A DNA stretch of 64,000 bases from an uncultured delta proteobacterium. GTDB taxonomy: Bacteria; Desulfobacterota; Desulfuromonadia; Geobacterales; DSM-12255. Where the stretch lies: NCBI GenBank assembly GCA_963787125.1, contig CAWBBV010000024.1, positions 32,001 to 96,000 of the forward strand, given 5' to 3'. How positions within the stretch are numbered: the stretch's first letter is position 1; each line of letters begins with the position of its first letter. Under the pieces are notes generated by a model that saw only the letters and a program-made list of their open reading frames with translations, did no database searches and was not told the DNA's origin. Both the position numbers and the translations under genes were made by a program. Below are positions 62,491 to 64,000 of the stretch, piece by piece.

Positions 62491-63924
62491 ATGTCGGTAA
62501 TAAAGTACCGCCAGAAAATCCTGGTCGTCGATGATGATACCGATCTCCTTCATCAGCTGACCAGAACACTTGTGTCAAACGGCATTGGCGAGGCAGAGCC
62601 GCTCTCGTCACCTTTTCAGGTTATGGAAAGGCTGGCAACCGGGGATATTTCGGTGGTGCTGCTCGACCTTGTCATGCCAGGCATGTCAGGCATGTCAGGT
62701 GCAGACTTGCTTTCAAAGGTAAATCAGCATTTTCCGCACATCCCGGTAATAATGATGACTGCCGTAGCAGACGTAAGCACTGCCGTGCACTGCATCAAAA
62801 CCGGCGCTTTTGACTATCTGACTAAACCACTCGACACGGCCAGGCTTTATGCGACTGTCAGCAAAGCTTTGGATTTTAGTGAACTTACCCGCCAGAACCG
62901 TCATCTGCAGGATTTTTTGCTGGGGGAACCTCTTGCCAGAAGTGAGATATTTTCCGGCATCATCACCGCCGATCCTAAAATGACCGCGATCTTCAAGCTG
63001 GTAGAAACTGTTGCACCGACGCTTCACCCGATTCTTATCAGCGGCGAAACCGGGGTGGGCAAGGAGCTGATTGCCCGTGCCGTTCATGATGCCAGTGGCC
63101 TGGCCGGTGAGTTTGTCCCGGTCAATGTTGCCGGGCTGGATGAAATCATGTTTCCGGATATGATCTTTGGTCATAAACGCGGTGCCTATACCGGTGCCAG
63201 TGAACAGCGTGACGGGCTCATAAGAAAAGCTGCCGGCGGGACGCTTTTTCTTGATGAAATCGGTGATATGAAACCGGAATCTCAGAAGATGCTCCTACGC
63301 CTTCTGCAGGAGAAAGAGTACTATCGCCTCGGTTCTGATGTACTTTATCAAAGCAGTGCCAGAATAGTTGCGGCTTCCAACAGGGATTTCAAAGCGATGA
63401 TTGCAGCCGGGACCTTCAGGCAGGATCTATATCACCGCTTGACGATTCATCAAATACTGATTCCAGCTTTGCGTGAGAGACCTGGAGATATCCCGCTACT
63501 GGCCGAGCAGTTCGCTCATGAAGCCGCCACTGCTCTTGGCAAGGAGCCGCCTGAATTATCGGTTGAGCTAAAATTCGCGCTTTCCGGCTATGATTTCCCC
63601 GGTAATGTCCGTGAACTGATCAATATGATGCGAAATGCTGTTGCCTGTCACCGGAGCGGTACTCTGACAAGGAAGGATTTTCCGGATCTGGCAGCAGTTG
63701 CAGTCAGTCGCAAAAAAGGTGTGGTGCGGGTTTCTAACGAAGGCGGGTTTACTTTTTATACTGCTTTTGAAAAATTCCCGACTATTGATGAGGTTGAAGA
63801 ACTGCTCGTCAGGGAAGCCATGAAAGCTAGTGCCGGGAACAAGGGGGTTGCTATTGAACTTCTGGGGATTAGTCGACCGACACTCAACAAGAAGCTGCTG
63901 GCTATGGGGCTGTCTGAGGAGTGA
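62491..63924 (+). CDS. NtrC-family sigma54 response regulator
   Basis: LVVDDD, LLDLVMP, GAFDYLTKP, GETGVGKE, GAYTGA, FPGNVREL, HTH. Confidence 0.93.
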   Translation: MSVIKYRQKILVVDDDTDLLHQLTRTLVSNGIGEAEPLSSPFQVMERLATGDISVVLLDLVMPGMSGMSGADLLSKVNQHFPHIPVIMMTAVADVSTAVHCIKTGAFDYLTKPLDTARLYATVSKALDFSELTRQNRHLQDFLLGEPLARSEIFSGIITADPKMTAIFKLVETVAPTLHPILISGETGVGKELIARAVHDASGLAGEFVPVNVAGLDEIMFPDMIFGHKRGAYTGASEQRDGLIRKAAGGTLFLDEIGDMKPESQKMLLRLLQEKEYYRLGSDVLYQSSARIVAASNRDFKAMIAAGTFRQDLYHRLTIHQILIPALRERPGDIPLLAEQFAHEAATALGKEPPELSVELKFALSGYDFPGNVRELINMMRNAVACHRSGTLTRKDFPDLAAVAVSRKKGVVRVSNEGGFTFYTAFEKFPTIDEVEELLVREAMKASAGNKGVAIELLGISRPTLNKKLLAMGLSEE

Positions 63925-64000
63925 CACTCGGTTTTGCAGCTGGAAGCCTGATCACTGCCCTGCAGCCACCACTCTCATCATTGAACAGTTCAAGCGTGCC

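Overview
Bacterial chromosomal DNA, most likely from a Desulfuromonadales/Geobacteraceae anaerobe. This is inferred from the aspS-LysM-icd-mdh-korDABC block, an HgtR-like small repressor, ActP/DUF485 and the ETF-linked membrane oxidoreductases. (1) 1-26.8 kb is an acyl-CoA/fatty-acid catabolic island: ALDH, a ChoD-like GMC oxidoreductase, a crotonase, an Fe-S protein, acyl-CoA dehydrogenases, a CoA-transferase, ActP, sucCD and two EtfAB + HdrD/EMO-like modules. It also has a MerR regulator and a PAS-GAF sigma54 activator whose -24/-12 promoter and enhancer palindromes are visible. (2) 26.8-33.7 kb is a decaying mobile patch: an orphan ParB with a nonsense codon and a 24-bp palindrome, an IS110-family element with a structured 3' non-coding region (bridge/seek-RNA candidate), a group II intron domain V relic, a BrnT/BrnA toxin-antitoxin pair, gdhA broken by an IS3 end, and an intact DDE insertion sequence with TIRs and a TSD. 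(3) 33.9-48.2 kb holds accessory genes: sppA, a lone chromate transporter, an uncharacterised exported three-gene operon, a GT-C glycosyltransferase, a type III PKS with a frameshifted methyltransferase, and a dca/paa-like beta-oxidation operon. (4) 48.6-64 kb is core: aspS, TCA genes, wzi, an Mla-like ABC system with a degenerate ATPase, a TPR lipoprotein and an NtrC-type regulator. I saw no tRNA, rRNA or CRISPR array. All calls come from reading the sequence and recalled family motifs; no searches were run.
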